A DNA stretch of 64,000 nt from Octopus vulgaris (Eukaryota). Positions 13,116 to 26,600 of this stretch are shown one piece after another. Numbering within the stretch: the stretch's first letter is position 1; each line of letters starts with the position of its first letter. The notes beneath the pieces are model-generated. The model worked only from the letters and a program-made list of their open reading frames with translations, was not told the origin of the DNA and searched no databases. The stretch spans positions 51,646,001 to 51,710,000 of the forward strand of contig OX597814.1 in the NCBI GenBank assembly GCA_951406725.2, in the 5' to 3' direction. The translations under genes were made by a program, and so were the position numbers.

Positions 13116-13343
13116 ATGAATTTCAAGACTATTTCAAGAATTTTAAAAATCTCGTTGAAGAAACTTACAGCATGAACAATAAATCGAAAATTACATTGAT
13201 AACACACAGCATGGGCAGTCCAACAATGCTGTATTTTCTAAATAATCGAACACAGGCATGGAAGGATAAATATATTGGGAAGATGATTACAATTTCAGGA
13301 GTTTGGGGTGGTGCTGTGAAACCTCTTCGGCTCATGATTTCTG
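13116..13343 (+). CDS. PLA2G15: PLA2G15-like coding exon carrying the catalytic serine (exon 5 equivalent)
   Basis: tttag acceptor, gtaaga donor. Translates NEFQDYFKNFKNLVEETYSMNNKSKITLITHSMGSPTMLYFLNNRTQAWKDKYIGKMITISGVWGGAVKPLRLMIS; contains the HSMG nucleophile elbow and WKDKYI. Confidence 0.95.
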
Positions 13344-15721
13344 GTAAGAATGTACTAATGTGAATCTGTGTATGTTATGGTTGTCATCATTTCTAATCTT
13401 AATATCCTATATTTTATATGCCTTTTTTCTTTCTTTCTTGTTAGCATTGGGTGGAAGGAAGGGCTTTTCAAAACTCTAGATATTTGCACACTATCAGTAG
13501 CTGAGCAGGATTTGCGAGTACTGTTTTTATATTTCATATGAAAAATGACCATTTTAAAGTACTGACTGTTGCTGTAGAGTTAGTCGAATGATCTTGACAT
13601 TTACTCATTTAGTCAAAGATTACTGTGTTTTTACCACATATAGCACCAGGTGGTGCTATAAAGTTAGACATGACCTGGGCCTATACTGGCTGAAACCTAT
13701 CAAAGTTATAGTCTTTATTAGAGATATGACATCACACTTGTTACAAATAAGTAATTTTATGAAATGTGGTTGAAACATTTGTTATGTGGCTGGGAAGCCA
13801 ACTTCTTAACTAAACATGCACACTTATACCTATGGCGTATCTGTGTTTCTTACACATCTATACCTATAAATATATGAATGTCAAGCTAAATGAAAGCATG
13901 GTTGCCCTTGCATACAGGCTTGTCCTTTGCAACCCTCTCTAGCTGAGCATCCCCAATCTTGTGGGCTCATAAGTGCTGATGCCACATAAAAAGCACCTGT
14001 GCCAGTGATGCATAAAAGCACCCAGTACACTCTGTAAAGTAATTGGCATTAGGAAGGGCATCTAGCTGTAGTAACAGAATCAGACATGGAACCTGAACAG
14101 CCCTTCAGCTGGTCAATTCCTGTCAAACTGTCCAACCCATGCCAACATGGAAAACAGGCATTAAACGACGACGATGATGTATATCTCACACACATCATTA
14201 TCATCATCATCATTTAACATCCATTTTCCCCGCTGGTATGGGTTGGATGGTTTCACAGGATCCAGTGAGCCACACAACTACATTGAACTTCAATGCCAGT
14301 TTCTGTTGCTGGATGCCCTTTCTAACCCTGACCACATTACAGTGTGTACTGGATGCTTCATTGATGGTGCTGGTACTTGTGAAGTCACTAAGTAACTTGA
14401 AAGACAAGAAAAATAAAAGCTCCTTTGACCGAGAGAGTGCATTTGAGAGGATAAAGTTGGAGAGATAAGCACAGGTGTCTTGTTATAGAGGAGATACACG
14501 GTTATCTTGCATTTTGTAAGGATGGGTGTAACTGGAAAGAAGATATAAATGGTAGTGAAAAGGTGAACATAAGAGAGAATATGGACAGTGGATCAGGGAG
14601 GAAGGACAGATGGTAATTTCATAAGACCATGAGAGGAGAGTGATAGATGGTTAGATATAGGGGTAGAGGTTAATGTAGTGAGTGATAAACAAGGATGACT
14701 GTGGTTGCTGGTAAATATCAGTATGGAGGAGAGAGAGGTGAGAGAGAGAGAGAAGTGATTCTGAAAGGAGGTGATGATAAGTGGCTACAGTATCATAAAC
14801 TTGTAGGTAGGTCAAGATGTAGGGAGATGATGCATAAAGTGTAAAAGTTGTGAAGAGGGGGATGCACAATGACTGAGTTAGAGGTTAGGGGTACAAAAGT
14901 GTGGCTGCAGTAAATAACAAAGGGGTAGGCATCTATGACAGATATGAGATGTTGAGAATGATAGCAGATATGTGAGGTATTAACCATGAGATATGGTAGA
15001 CCTAAGATGTAACCCAGAGGAGAGGGAGAAATATCTGGGGGCACAGTAATGGGAAAGAATAGTCTGAGGAAGGATGAGAATGAGGAATGAATGTTAATAG
15101 AAAGTGGTTCCAGAGGAAGGAGGAGATAACTGGTAACACAAAAGGAGTATGAAATATGTGCCAATGCAGTTCTTAAATTATTACAGCTACTGAATAGCAC
15201 TATAGTTAGAAGAGTGGGTGTTAGGAAGATGAAATATGGAGAATGCTTCACAAGTGGTGTAGGGAAGGAGGTTAAATGCAAGGGCAGGGCCCAGTATGTT
15301 CGGGCATAAGCATTTTGTCTTTAGAACCTCACTTTTGCAGTGATGGATGGGTCTTTTCAAGCTCAGCAAATTGCCAATCTTCTCAGTCCTTTGTCATCTC
15401 CTCCAAGAAGCTGAACAACTTGAAATCAATCTTTATTACATCATCTCATGTCTTCTTGGGTTTCCTTCTTCCACAAACTCCATCCACCTCAAGCAATTAG
15501 CTTTTCTTTATACATACACATCACATGACCAAACCAGTGCAGTCCTCTCATTTGCTACATCTGAACCCGCTTATCACTATCTGTTTATCATACTATATGT
15601 ATATACAGCATTAAAAGTATGCTACTATAGAATTGTCTGAGATAAAATCTCTTCACAGACTTCTGTTAAAAAGCAGTATGTATTGGAGCAAGACAAAAAT
15701 TGTCATTACAATGACTCATGA

Positions 15722-15766
15722 GAATGACAGATGCTGTTTCACCTTTCTTGAGGCTTGTCAGTATCA
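15722..15766 (-). ncRNA. Degenerate minimal hammerhead motif in the last PLA2G15 intron
   Basis: Minus strand: CTGACAA-gcct-caagaa-aggt-GAAA-cag-cat-ctg-TC. One core substitution (CTGACGA to CTGACAA, CpG-decay type); stem I poorly paired. Confidence 0.4.
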
Positions 15767-16431
15767 TGCTTAAACAAAATTTGTCTTGGTGTATTAAAAA
15801 TAGTTAACAATACATTCATGAGTATTGGGGAAGCTTGCAGAGCTCCATAAAAAACTAGTGTATGCATTGAAACAGCCACCATGAATATAAACTTTTGTTG
15901 TTGCTTAAGATAGGCTACAGAGAAGATTCATCATGAAGTTAAATAACATCTAGGATTACTGAAAATAATGATATAGCAATAATATTTTTTAATAAATGAA
16001 GACAATATTATCTTAGCAATAACAATTTTGGTAATTTTTTTGTTGGTTGTAAAACAAGTTACTAAGGCTAAAGGAAATTTACTTCAAGGATACTTGTTAA
16101 AGGGTTTTTAGTTTTTTCCTAAAAACTTTTTTCAACTAAAAGTAAAAAATCTTGCTTCAAAGTTGCCCATAATTACTTATTTATGTTTATATGTGATTGT
16201 TTCTGTCAATGTGTACATGTATCTATATCCTGTTAGTTGTGTTGTGTATATATGTGTAGACTATTTAACAATAATGAATGGCTTGGAATTGAATAAAAGT
16301 GTCCAGAAAATTATTATTATTATACGAATGATGGTAATTAACAGTAATGTTTCAAAATACATTTCCTCTCTTTCTCAAACATATTTTGTAAAGTAATATT
16401 TCAGGATATTTTTTTCTGCTTTTATTTACAG

Positions 16432-16946
16432 GAGATAATCTTGGCATTCTTGTACTGAAAGAACATGTTATTCGAATATACCAGCGCAGTGCCTCTTCAA
16501 CAGCTTGGCTTATGCCATACGATACTTTCTGGAAATCTGATGAAATTCTTGTTTCCCGTCCTGGTCGCAATTATACTGTTAAAGACTATAAACAGTTGTT
16601 TAAAGATTTGAATTATACAGCTGGCTATGAAATGCGTAAAGACACAGAGAATCTTGTGAAAGACCTCCGTCCACCTGGAGTGGAAGTTCATTGTATATAT
16701 GGAATCAATGTATCTACACCGGCTACATATCTATATGATAAAGGATTTCCTGATAGTAAACCAAAAATAATATATGGACCTGGAGATGGGACTGTAAACT
16801 TAGACAGTTTAAAAGGCTGTCTTAGATGGGCACAAGAACAAAAACAGTCTGTTCACAGTTATACTGTTGCAAATGAAGATCATTTGAAAATATTGCAAAG
16901 TAAAAAATTGATTGATCTGATACAAGATATAGTAACCAAGAAATGA
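16432..16946 (+). CDS. PLA2G15: PLA2G15-like last coding exon carrying the catalytic Asp and His
   Basis: tttacag acceptor. Translates GDNLGIL...STAWLMPY...PPGVEVHCIYG...GDGTVNL...EDHLKIL...VTKK, ending in TGA. The five exons total 1115 nt and join in frame (about 371 aa visible). Confidence 0.95.
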
Positions 16947-17107
16947 ACTTTCTATGGATAAAAGAAAAAATATTTTTATAACAATATATAAAAGCATTTA
17001 TTAAAAAAAATATCATATCAATATTTGCATTCTATTTGAAAAGAGAGAAATTTGTGATCCCTCTTATTTTTGAGTCTGGCATCTTTAAATCGTTTTGCTT
17101 TTATTCT

Positions 17108-17530
17108 TTTACTTGTTTCAGTCATTGGGCCCCATCCATGCTGGGACACTGCCTTGAAGGGTATACTCAATCTGAGTGACCCTACCAGTACTTATTTTTA
17201 ATCTGTCATTAATTCTATCAGTCTCTTTTGCTAAGCTGTGAAGTTTCAGGGACGTAAACAAGCCAACACTATTTGGAAAATGGTGAGGCATATGCTCACA
17301 CGCACACACACACAAACACACACACACACACGCACACACACGCACACACACGCACACACACACACATACACACATGATAGGTTTCTTCACAGCTTCCATC
17401 TACCAAATTCCCTTGCAAAGCATTGATTGACTCAAGCCCATAGTAGAAGACACTTGCCCAAGGTGCTGTACTGTGGGACTGAACCAAAATCTTTGTGATT
17501 GTTAAGTAAACTTTTTAATCACACACCCAT
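17108..17530 (-). mobile_element. Main-family SINE about 160 bp after the PLA2G15 stop codon
   Basis: ttttacttgtttcagtcatt...tagtagaagacacttgcccaagg...gggactgaacc. Confidence 0.8.
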
Positions 17531-17964
17531 GCTTGAATTTTTTTATTTACGTTTTTTAAAAAAGTCTTTTGAAATGTTCTTAAAAAACTTTTGTATATGT
17601 TGTTTATTTTATTTTATTTTTTTTTTTGTACATGAGTAAAACAGTGAAATTTTTATGTAGCTTGGTTGATTATGATTTTAAATTGTTAATCTCTTCTGAA
17701 AATAAAATGTCACAGTTGTATGTTTTTTAACAATTTGATGTCATTCTGTCTATTTTCATAATTCTAAGTTTTAATCCTTTGTATTTTATGTAGCATTTAG
17801 CAAATGTTATTCTGTGAAACCCAGTAAATTTTTTTAAAGCTTAAATAATTAAGTTAGTGCTTAGATGATTGAGTTAGCTGGGAAAAATTATCTGTTTCAT
17901 TAGAATTTAATTTGCTCTGCTTCTATAGTATACAAACCAGATAACTTTCATTGATAGTCTCGAA

Positions 17965-18149
17965 CAATGCTCTGCAACTGGCATGCTGCAGCACTGGTGT
18001 TCCATGAGATGGTGCTAGGTGTGCCACCGTGTAACCTGAATATAATTTTTTCCCCTATACTTTTAGTTATATGTTTTAGTTCAGGTGTACCACCAAATTT
18101 TGAAAAGAATATAAGTGTACCGCAAATGAAAAGAGGTTGTGGAGCATTG
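17965..18149. mobile_element. Probable hAT-type MITE
   Basis: 14-bp imperfect TIRs caatgctctgcaac / gttgtggagcattg; flanking 8-mers gtctcgaa and gtgtataa match at 5 of 8. Confidence 0.5.
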
Positions 18150-21100
18150 GTGTATAAAGTTGATGGTTAATCAGAGGGGAATTACAAAATTTGGTATTTT
18201 ATGTCATTCACATAGTGAGTTAAAAACAGAAGGATAATTGTATCAACTATGTCTTTTTCTTTTTGAGAGCTTACGTCTACTCTATAGTGTTTTTTTTTTT
18301 CATTGTTCTAGTGAATAGGTATTTAATATTAATATTTAACTAAAGAGGTGGTGGACTCGCAGAATCCTTATCGTACCAGACAAAATGCTGCTAAATATTT
18401 TGTCCTTTACATTCTGAGTTCAAATTCTGCTGAGGTTAACTTTGCCTTTCATCCTTTCAGGATTGATAAAATAAGTACCAGTTGAGTACTAGGGTCAATG
18501 TAATTAACTTACCTCCTCCCCTAACATTGCTGGCCTTGTGCCAAAATTCGAAACCATTATTCAATTAAAGACTAAATTACTGTTTAAATACTGTTGGAGT
18601 TAAAATTTCACTTTCATTTTCCCAAGATTTATAAAATAAGTGCTAGTAATATATACAAGATTGATTTTGTTGACTATATGTTTATACGCTTTCCCTAAAA
18701 GTTTGTTCAGGTTGACCAGAAGTTAATTCACAGTACTTTTAAATGCAAACAGAATGTTGCTTTCTCTTTTTTCTTACCATTTATTTTACCATGTTTTTAA
18801 TTTTGTATGAACTATTTCTTTTTGTATGAACAACTATAATATCTCAATGAAAGGAAACCCATTTTTAAGCATTTAGACATCTCCTATCCATCTTTATCAT
18901 TAGTTTACAGCTTTCATTTTATAAGTTTTCAAAATATTTTACTAATTTTTTTACTAAGATACAAGAAGGTAATTTTAAATTTACACCTTATGTAAAAGAA
19001 ATTATTTTTTCTTGATTGGAGTAGTCTCTCCTGTATATTGAAAAAAAATGTTTGTGTTATTTTTATTTTATTAAACTGTATTTATTTATGCCATTTTTAT
19101 TTTTAAACTGAAAGTATATGTATAATTTCATAATTCAAGTATACAAGCTGTTAGTAAACAAGTTAATCTACTGAAATTATTTGCATTTATTTTCATCCTC
19201 CATCCTAATGTGATGGTAGAGGTTAACTGTATTATGAAATTATATATTGACTACAAATCAGTATGAAAATTTTATACCCTGTGTTTGTTGAATTATAAGA
19301 TGATATTTGATTCTATTTTAAAAATTACAAAATTAAGGTTGTCTTGCACAGTGGGTATAAAATTTGGTTATGGAATATGGTGTCAAGCAGTGGTACAGCC
19401 CTTATATTAACAGATTTTGTGTATAAAGGAGTATTCTAAAAAAAGATATTTTAGTAAGAGTCTGCATGCACCATTTTTTGTTTTTTTAAATCCTGGTGAA
19501 ACCCTACCGGTGCAATCATATGAATTACAATACATGAATTAAAAACTGGTATGAATATAACATTTTACTGATTGTTGTGGATGGGAAAACATTCCTTTTA
19601 TGATTTCTAGGACTACAAAGTAAAAATAATCTGTAAAACACTCCTCATGATTTGTGAGAGTTCTTTGTAGTCTTACAGGATGTGTATAGCACAAAATAAA
19701 CCATTTTGAGAGAACATATGCTTTGTGTTGTTTTATCTTCAGTAACCTTGTATATCAGCTTATAATGTTATGATCAATCCCAATAAAACTGTTTAGTGAA
19801 GTGGTTATCATTTTTAGTGAGAAGGTTGGATAGGAAAATTTGTATACTAAAAATAGCAATCACTCACCATTTTAGTAAATAAAAACAAAGGCTTTATTTC
19901 CATTTTTCCGACATTTATTAATTTCAATAACAAAAGATAAAACTTCATTCTGTACATCAAAAATGAGCATTTACAATGGCATTCACAGTCAATGGATTCA
20001 GAAAGCATTGTGGAATCAGACAAGTTAATACACCTTACAGTTCAGCTTTGTAATTTAAGACATAATAGATCAAAGGAAATACATTAGAAAGTCTTACTGT
20101 GCAGTTTATTACAAAAGCAAGGGTATGTAAAAGATGTTAGCAAAAACATGAAGAATCTGTGGCTAAGAGTAGGTGAGTTACAGACTTCATCATTGTGACA
20201 CAGGAGAGAGTGACCAGCAATGGTTTATATAAAGACGGTCAAAGACCTTTGTGATTTCTTATAACTTTTGTAGTTTCACTATCATCCCAGTAAGCTCCTG
20301 GTAGCTCTTACTTTTTAACTTGTTTGATTGGTCAATTTAAAGTTGTTGATCATCATGCTTACAAAGTGTTGTTTTGTTTCTGCTAGTTTTACTAGGCAAC
20401 ATGACAATGTAAATGTAGGTGGCAAGAGCAATGACACATTTATTAATACAAGTATGGTAGCCAATACTGTTATAACTATATCTTTCCTGTATACTCTGAT
20501 TTGGTTGGGTCACTATCTGATTCTTTATGTTTTTACCAAGTGCTTGAAGTCCATCAATGCTTTTTTTTTTAAAAAAATAAATATGAGAGAATACATTTCC
20601 AAAAATATTTTTAAAGAAATGTACTCATCCTGGGTTTCAATATGTGAAATGGCATATTCTATAGCTAACGCCTAAAATATAAGAGTTATGTACTTATGTT
20701 AAGAATAGATAGAATTATTGTTCATGACCAAAACATTTCATGCATATTGGCCACTTCACTTTATTATAAACAGTACTATGAATAAAATTTTGTGTAAAAT
20801 ACCATTGAAAGAAGTGGAACCCTACAAAATTAAAGCTTTCTCTGAGTGGGAGTGTGTGAAAAGACCTCTTGAAAATATTGTAACATGGTTGTGGTAATCT
20901 AGTCTCATTCCCCTCTACCAATATACAAACAAATCAGTAATCCAATATCTTCGCAACACATGATCAGCATGCATCTAAAATCATAAGTTTTACAGATTAG
21001 AGATTACCACTACTAGCTCATAACTTATTAAAAAGGACAGAAGATAAATGAATTGGTAGAACACTAGACTGAAGACCACTAGGTTTGACCTCCACCACCA

Positions 21101-21324
21101 CCACCTCTGCTAACTCCCAGTCAAGTTCTGGGGTCAGTTCAATTATTTATACATCACCCTACAAATGTGAGCCTTATGACTGTAGAAATATACAGTCATC
21201 ATTATTATTATTAGTAGTATTTATGTATTTTGTTCATATTACTCTGTGTATTTATATAATTAAGATAAGCACATTATAATTATCAATATTATTTATTCTT
21301 TTTCTTGAAATTATATCAGAATTA

Positions 21325-23030
21325 TTTGTATGATGCATGTGTACGTACAACCATGCTACATGGTAGTGAAACATGGGCCGTGACTGCTGAGGATATGCGT
21401 AAGCTCGCAAGAAATGAAGCCAGTATGCTCCGATGGATGTGTAATGTCAGTGTTCATAATCGTCAGAGTGTAAGTACCTTGAGAGAAAAGTTGAACCTAA
21501 GAAGCGTCAGTTGTGGTGTGCAAGAGAGACGGCTGCGCTGGTATGGTCATGTGACGAGAATGGCTGAAGATAGTTGTGTGCAAAAGTGCTACACCCTAGC
21601 AGTTGAGGGAACCTGTGGAAGAGGTAGACCCAGGAAAACCTGGGACGAGGTGGTGAAGCACGACCATCGAACTTTAGGTCTCACTAAGGAAATGACTAGA
21701 GACCAAGACCTATGGAAGTATGCTGTGCGTGAGAAGACCAGGCAAGACTAGTCAGGCCATAACCCGTGGCCCCTACCTGGGACGTAGTCAGTCCACCTGT
21801 GCATACCTTCCTTCCTTCTTGTGACACTTGTGAAGACCTGTTGAGGCAAGTGAAAATCAAATCAAAACAAATCAAAATAGATGAACATCAATGGAATTTG
21901 TATCTTTGTGGTACCAGTGCCGGTGGCACACAAGAAAACCATCCGAACGTGGCGGTAGCCAGTACCGCATCGACTGGCCTCCGTGCTGTGGGCACGTAAC
22001 AAACACCATCCGATCGTGGCCGTTCGTCAGCCTCATCTGGCACCTGTGTCGTTGGCACATAAAAACACCATCCGAAGACCCGGCAAGACTAGTCAGGCCA
22101 TAACCCGTGGCCCCTACCTGGGACGTAATCAGTCCACCTGTGCATACCTTCCTTCTTGTGACACTTGTGAAGACCTTTTGAGGCAAGTGAAAATCAAAAC
22201 AAATCAAAATAGATGAACATCAATGGAATTTGTATCTTTGTGGTACCAGTGCCGGTGGCACACAAGAAAACCATCCGAACGTGGCGGTAGCCAGTACCGC
22301 ATCGACTGGCCTCCGTGCTGTGGGCACATAACAAACACCATCCGATCGTGGCCGTTCGCCAGCCTCATCTGGCACCTGTGTCGGTGGCACATAAAAACAC
22401 CATCCGAAGACCCGGCAAGACTAGTCAGGCCATAACCCGTGGCCCCTACCTGGGACGTAGTCAGTCCACCTGTGCATACCTTCCTTCTTGTGACACTTGT
22501 GAAGACCTGTTGAGGCAAGTGAAAATCAATCAAAACAAATCAAAATAGATGAACATCAATGGAATTTGTATCTTTGTGGTACCAGTGCCGGTGGCACACA
22601 AGAAAACCATCCGAACGTGGCCGTAGCCAGTACCGCATCGACTAGCCTCCGTGCTGCGGGCACGTAACAAACACCATCCGATCGTGGCCGTTCGCCAGCC
22701 TCATCTGGCACCTGTGTCGGTGGCACATAAAAACACCATCCGAGCGTGGCCGTCTGCCAGCCTCGTCTGGCACCTGTGTCGGTGGCACATAAAAAACACC
22801 ATCCGAGCGTGGCCGTTTGCCAGCCTCGTCTGGCACCTGTGTCGGTGGCACATAAAATCACCCACTACACTCTCGGAGTGGTTGGTATTAGGAAGGGCAT
22901 CCAGCTGTAGAAACACTGCCAGATCTGACTGGCCTGGTGCAGCCTTCGGGCTCCCCAGACCCCAGTTGAACCGTCCAACCCATGCTAGCATGGAAAACGG
23001 ACGCTAAATGAATGATGATGATGATGATGA
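21325..23030 (+). mobile_element. Young 5'-truncated RTE LINE with triplicated 3' UTR and (GAT)n tail
   Basis: Open ORF end YDACVRTTMLHGSETW...RRLRWYGHV...GRGRPRKTW with stop at 21751; CpGs retained; tail gatgatgat at about 23011-23030. Confidence 0.9.
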
Positions 23031-23490
23031 AGCATTGTCTGCTCATCCAGTTTGGTAAACCTGAACATTCGCCATGGCGTTTGGTAAAAATAAGAGGCTT
23101 ACAAAAGGTGGCATCAGTGGAATTTGTAGCTGTGATACCAGTGCCGGTGGCATGTAAGAGAACCACCCGAACGTGGCTATAGCCAGCACCGCCCTGACTG
23201 GCTTCTGTGCCGGTGGCACGTAAAAAGCACCATCCGACCGTGGCCGTTGCCAGCTTCGTCTGGTCTCCGTGCCGGTGGCACGTAAAAAGCACCATCCGAT
23301 CGTGGCTGTTTGCCAGCCTCGTCTGGCACGTAAAAAGCATCCACTACACTCACGGAGTGGTTGGCGTTAGGAAGGGCATCCAGCTGTAGAAACACTGCCA
23401 GATCAGACTGGGCCTGGTGCAGCCTTCTGGCTTCCCAGACTCTGGTCGAACCGTCCAACCCATGCTAGCATGGAAAGCGGACGTTAAACA

Positions 23491-23522
<32 letters not shown>
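23031..23522 (+). mobile_element. RTE 3'-tail element directly after the preceding copy
   Basis: Same ~60-bp subrepeats and ...ccgtccaacccatgctagcatggaaa...(GAT)n end. Confidence 0.8.
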
Positions 23523-24290
23523 CTTAGACAGTAAGGTGGATTACCTTACTTTCCCACACCTTCTCAGTTATGACAAGTACTACAAGCTTTAATTACCTCA
23601 ATTACTGCAACTCACTGGTTTGAAAAGATTAAATAAATGAAGTAACTTTAGTTTGTGAAAGAAGAAATATAGTCACAAGAAACATAATAACTGTTATCTT
23701 TGCATGTGTACTACCATCAGAACTCACAGATGAGTGAATGGACCATTTCTATGAGGCCTTCTAGTAGACTACCTTGATAACAAATCACAACCCAAATTAC
23801 CATGGCTTTACTGGACATATTGAGCAACACCTTAGTAGTTACATTGATACTCATAAAGGTTATGGATATGGTACAAGTTATGAAGAAGGATAAGGCTCTT
23901 GGAAATCTGAGTTACAGATAACCCAATCATTTGCAACACTAACTTCAGGATTACGTACCAAACAGGTAAACACATATATAAACATGGTTGTGAGACTAAG
24001 TTTTTTCCCCAGGTAAGAATGTACCACTCAATGTAGGCTACTAATTACTGACTTCAAGTAAGGACTTGATTGATTCAGAGACATTAGACAGTGTCTCGAA
24101 GGTATGGAAACTGACAGATCCCTGCAGCATACATGTTCATAAAGGTCTTCAGTGAAATGTATATTGAGAATGTGAGGGAGATAGCAACCTCTACCATAGA
24201 CAACTGGCAGCTTCTCTATATAACAACCTGTTGCGATCCACAAGCTAAATCTGTGGATGGAGTAAGGTGCCATCCTGAGAGAAGGCAACA

Positions 24291-25184
24291 TACAAGGTCG
24301 GATCAATAAGTATACAGACTGTTGCCATAGTAACAAAGCTTAAAGCACACTGAGAGAAGCCGTTTGGCAAAAAATTGACCTTGAACTCTGTTGTGCATAC
24401 ACACTAAGTTTTAATGTTCTAGCTCACTTCCACTGTTTACAGCAGTGCTTGGAAGGAAGGTATGTAGCATGTGATTGTCGCATTGACCATGACAGAGAAA
24501 GTTATCATGGTGATACCTGCTCAGAGGCCCACACAAAGTTGAAGAAAGTGTATGGAGAGGAATATGTGAGCCGCACACAAGTGTACAAGTGTTTCAGACG
24601 TTTCCAAGATGGCCAAAAAATGTCAATATTGACAAACATTCCAGGAGACCTGCAACCAGCAGAACTGAGGAAAACATTCCAGATGTGCATGCAGCTGTGA
24701 GAGAAAATCATTGAATCACCATCCGTGAGTTATCAGAGGATGTGCAGCTTGGTTACAGTTCAGTCCATTATCACTGAAGATTTGGGTTTGAGATGCATGT
24801 CTGCTAAGTTTGTGCCAAAACTGCTTTCAGCTGGCCAAAAAGACACTTGGGTTTCAGTTGCACATGATCACTTTGATTGTATCAAGAACAATGAAAACTT
24901 TTTGAAATGTTTGCAATAGGCCTCTGAGCAGATATTAGCAAGCTTTTGGCAAAATTTGATGCAGATTCTCTGCTCAACTTTCTGTCATGGTCAATGTGGC
25001 GATCACATGCTACACATCTCCCTTCCAAACACTGCTGTAAACAGTGGGAGTGAGCTAGAATGTTAAAAATTAGTGTGCAAGCACAACAGAGATTAAGGTC
25101 AATCTGCACCAAGCAGCTTCACTCTGCATGTTTTAGCTTCGTTACCATGGCAACAGTCTGGATACTTACTGATCAGAATACGTA
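24291..25184 (+). mobile_element. Internally deleted mariner DNA transposon with ~210-bp TIRs
   Basis: TA at both ends; 24293-24503 is inverted at 24975-25182. Transposase HTH remnants KLKKVYGEEYVSRTQVYKCFRRFQDG and ITEDLGLRCMSAKFVPKLLS; no DDD domain. Confidence 0.88.
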
Positions 25185-25854
25185 GTGATGCAATGGTATA
25201 GAAGATAGAGTCATAAAAGCTAAGAGACAGATTTCAAAAAATTAGAAGACAAGAGAGAAGCAGGTCATTTGGTGAGAAGCTAGGTGTCAGCTGGAGCTTG
25301 GAAAGACATGAAAAGCAAGAAGTTTATCAATGCATCTGAGCGACTTAAGCTTTGGAACATCATTGGAATGATGTCTTGACATCTTGAAATGACGAAAGCT
25401 ACACTTATCCTTATTAATGATGAGAAGCTTAGAAATATTATAAGATGTTGCTGAATGTAGAGAATACATGGGAGAAAAACTAGCTACTGCAAACAGACCC
25501 AACAAAAGGGCTGGCTATTGAAGTTGATAGCTATATTGGTTGGCTGTGTGATTAAGGATATGAAGGCAGGTAAAGGATCCAGACCATCATAATGGTTGAG
25601 ATGTTGAAAATAGCTGGTGGAATAGGGTTTATCCCAACCACTCATATTCAATCAAGTAGTTTAAGGTATTTTTGATACCTAATGACAGATATAGCAGTAT
25701 CATATTCAGCTACTACAAGGGCAAAGGAGATGTTCCCAACAGAAGCAACTGCAAAGGCATCAAGTTGATAGACCAAGTTATGAAAGATAATTAGCTTAGA
25801 AATGACATAGTTCAGCTTCGTGTCAGACCCTATGTTCCAATGTTCTCTTCCTAG

Positions 25855-26201
25855 TGATATGTATATATACATGAATCTGTAGGTACGCGTACGTATGTGT
25901 ATATACGTGAATGTATGTAGATGTATGTATGTATGAATATAACGCGTGCGTGCGTGTATGTGTACGAGTGTACGAATGAGTGAGTGTACATGCTAAAGAG
26001 TGTGCGTGAGTGAATGAGTGCTTGTTTTCCAGTAGACAGATAAATGGACTGGCTGTCATAGCCAAGATGTTTGTGACCAAGCGGCCAAAGATAACAAAAG
26101 TAATAAACGAAGATAATAAAATTAAAATTAGGGAATGGGTCTGTATTTGTATGTGTATATATATATGTGTGTATGTGTAGGTATGCATAGGTACACATAT
26201 G

Positions 26202-26234
<33 letters not shown>

Positions 26235-26600
26235 ATGTATGTGTGTGTATATATGTGTGTATGTGTATATATGTGTATATAGGGACTAGTGTGCTGTGTG
26301 TGCATGTGTGTGTGTGGATTTGTGTGTGTATGCGTGTATGTGAGTATGTGTGTGTATGTGTATATATATTTTTCTGTGTGTATATGTATGTGTGGTCGTG
26401 TGTGTATATATACATGTGTGTATACGTGTATGCATGTGAGTGTGTGTATGTATACATATATGTGTATGTGTAGATATGTATATGTATGTGTAAGTGTATA
26501 TATATGTATATATATATGTGTGTGTATGTATGTGTGTATGTATATGTATATATGTTTGTATGCGTGTGTATATATGTATACATATGTGCATAGGTATAAG
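25855..26600. repeat. Complex (TG/TA) low-complexity tract
   Basis: Directly visible; gives the HT/YI/VC-rich spurious ORFs. Confidence 0.9.

Noticed and set aside
20328-20940. Short ORFs and acceptor-like sites suggesting a convergent gene
   Set aside because: No recognisable protein similarity and no consistent exon chain.
22672-22860. Regular ~60-bp repeats with hairpins that look CRISPR-like
   Set aside because: Contiguous tandem units without unique spacers, inside an RTE 3' UTR in eukaryotic DNA, with no cas genes.
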